Shown here piece after piece: positions 62,301-64,000 of a stretch of DNA of 64,000 bases. The DNA comes from Convolutriloba macropyga (Eukaryota): positions 11,966,001 to 12,030,000 of the forward strand of contig NC_134480.1 of assembly GCF_964194025.1 (NCBI RefSeq). Reading direction: 5' to 3'. A model generated the notes under the pieces. It was not told the DNA's origin. It made no database searches and saw only the letters and a program-made list of their open reading frames with translations. Position 1 is the first letter of the stretch. Each line of letters begins with the position of its first letter. Both the position numbers and the translations under genes were made by a program.

Positions 62301-64000
62301 GTTTTTGTGCTTATTTACTTCTTTATACGAGATGAGAGCATCTGAAACAACATCTTCTCGCACATTTAAAAGTAGTATAGTATCAGAAATATATGCAATG
62401 CTCATGTTTTCTTTTTTTTGGGGGGGGGGGGGTTAGGGGGAACAATTTTCTTTCAATGGCAGATTGTGACTGATCTTCAACTCTCAAATCTGAATTGAAA
62501 CTTAATTGAACTGAAGGCACAACAGTATCGACAAACTCCATTTTCATATGTTTTTTGCCGGCCTCTTGTAACTACAGAAGGAACTGCAAGCTGCCCGGCT
62601 TTCTTGTTTTTCGTCGGTCAATTGTGAACAGCAAGCACCTCCATTTCTTCATTGCAGGAACACATAGCAGTATGATGTGAACGCTTTTTGAAAGCCGAAT
62701 GTGAGATGTGAAATAAATTTTTTAAGGAATATCGACTGTTTGTGAGAAAGTATTAACTTTGTACAGAATCTGATTCTGTTCCTGAATGTTTAGTGCAGAA
62801 TTAACGGAAACAATTGGAATATCTGCAAAATAAGTTATAAACAAGCTCTTTGCTCACTAGCTCTTAGGAACTAGTTATTAGTTCTGTGGAAAGTGTTCGT
62901 ACCATAAAATTTGTAATGCGGTATGTAAAACATTTAGTTGATTGTTGTCAGGTTTTGATTTGTCATACCTGTACTTTTTTAAAAGGAGCCCAAGAAACTG
63001 ATCCTAGTCACTCATAATTTCATTTTTTTTTCTAAGGCTTCATAGCATTACTGCCATCTTAAAAAACGTGAAATATAATATATTTTCTGTAATAGCGGGG
63101 TCTTTGTTGTTTTCTGACGAGCTAACATCTGAACCTGTTAAAACAAATCAGTTTAAAAATGAGTTTTTACTGGTTGGAAGAAAAGAATTTTTTAGACTAA
63201 TTTTGCCATTGTTTTTGTTTGCTCAAGTTTTTCTGTACACTCCATCCTGGTGTCATTATTAGGCGGACAGACGTTTTTCCAAAGTTGTTGATACTCAAAA
63301 ATGCTGCAATTTATTTTGCTGATGCGAGTTTTGTTGACACTACAATTTGAATCCGAACGAACAAACCTTCAATAAGAAAATATTTTTTGTATAATTGGAA
63401 AATTTTTGTAGACGCCTTTCAACTTGATCATTTTTGTCACGCGTATTTGCCTTAAATTGCTGTGAGCTATGACGAATTTCAAATGTAAGCGGGTACCCTC
63501 TGGTTTTCTGAATTAAAATTCAACTTTTGTCGTGATATTACACCAAATTTCGTAAAGAATTTTTACACCGTTGATTAACTAACTACTCTCGAACAAAATT
63601 TGTCGCAATTATTGTAAACTTGTTGGTCTTTTTTTTATGACTTCTTTGACTTCTCAGGTGATTTTTTCATGCTTTCGTGCTTCATTTTTGAGTGATCTCT
63701 ATTGCACTCACTCCGAAGTAAAGCTTGTTGGTAAAATAAAATCGAAAGAAAAACTAGAAAGAAAAATTTATCTAGGCGACAGCCCCTAAAATTAAATTGC
63801 CTCGCTTGTCGTTCGAGAGCAATTCTTCCGACATTAGGCGGTTTATGTTCTCCTCCATTAGTGGTCTTGTCTACGCATGAAGTTGATATGATATTCAATG
63901 CTATACTGAACGTCAAAAGTGAGTTAAAGCCTCATCTTTACGAAGTAAAAATTTAACTTTTGACTCAACATTAATCCATCTTGCAATCAAATTGCGGAAA

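Noticed and set aside
62400-64000. Short ORFs near the right edge
   Set aside because: No recognisable protein features or consistent splice model.

Overview
AT-rich, repeat-dense eukaryotic (invertebrate animal) DNA; most ORFs in the track are noise or decayed transposon fragments. Host genes: two tandem, spliced transgelin/myophilin/Mp20-type calponin-homology genes (3389-10069, 4 coding exons, 203 aa; 22948-29326, 3 coding exons, 198 aa) and two genes with unbroken CDSs, FRA10AC1 (58786-59781) and UTP15 (60741-62300). Mobile DNA: 3' end of a BEL/Pao LTR element, LINE fragments, a Gypsy integrase relic, Helitron-like ends, several MITE/foldback elements, a ~13 kb five-unit composite tandem array carrying the N-terminal part of a Penelope-like element (PLE), and an inverted PLE RT core. 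The best observation is invisible in the ORF track: the PLE reverse transcriptase at ~51965-52930 (-) carries a PHD zinc finger in frame between RT motif B' and the catalytic YVDD motif. Also notable: an intron present in only one transgelin paralog, probable gene conversion of their exon 1, a decayed calponin (CLIK) repeat in paralog 2, recombinant units in the array, and a shared upstream motif before FRA10AC1 and UTP15. All translations and alignments were done by eye; repeat boundaries are approximate.
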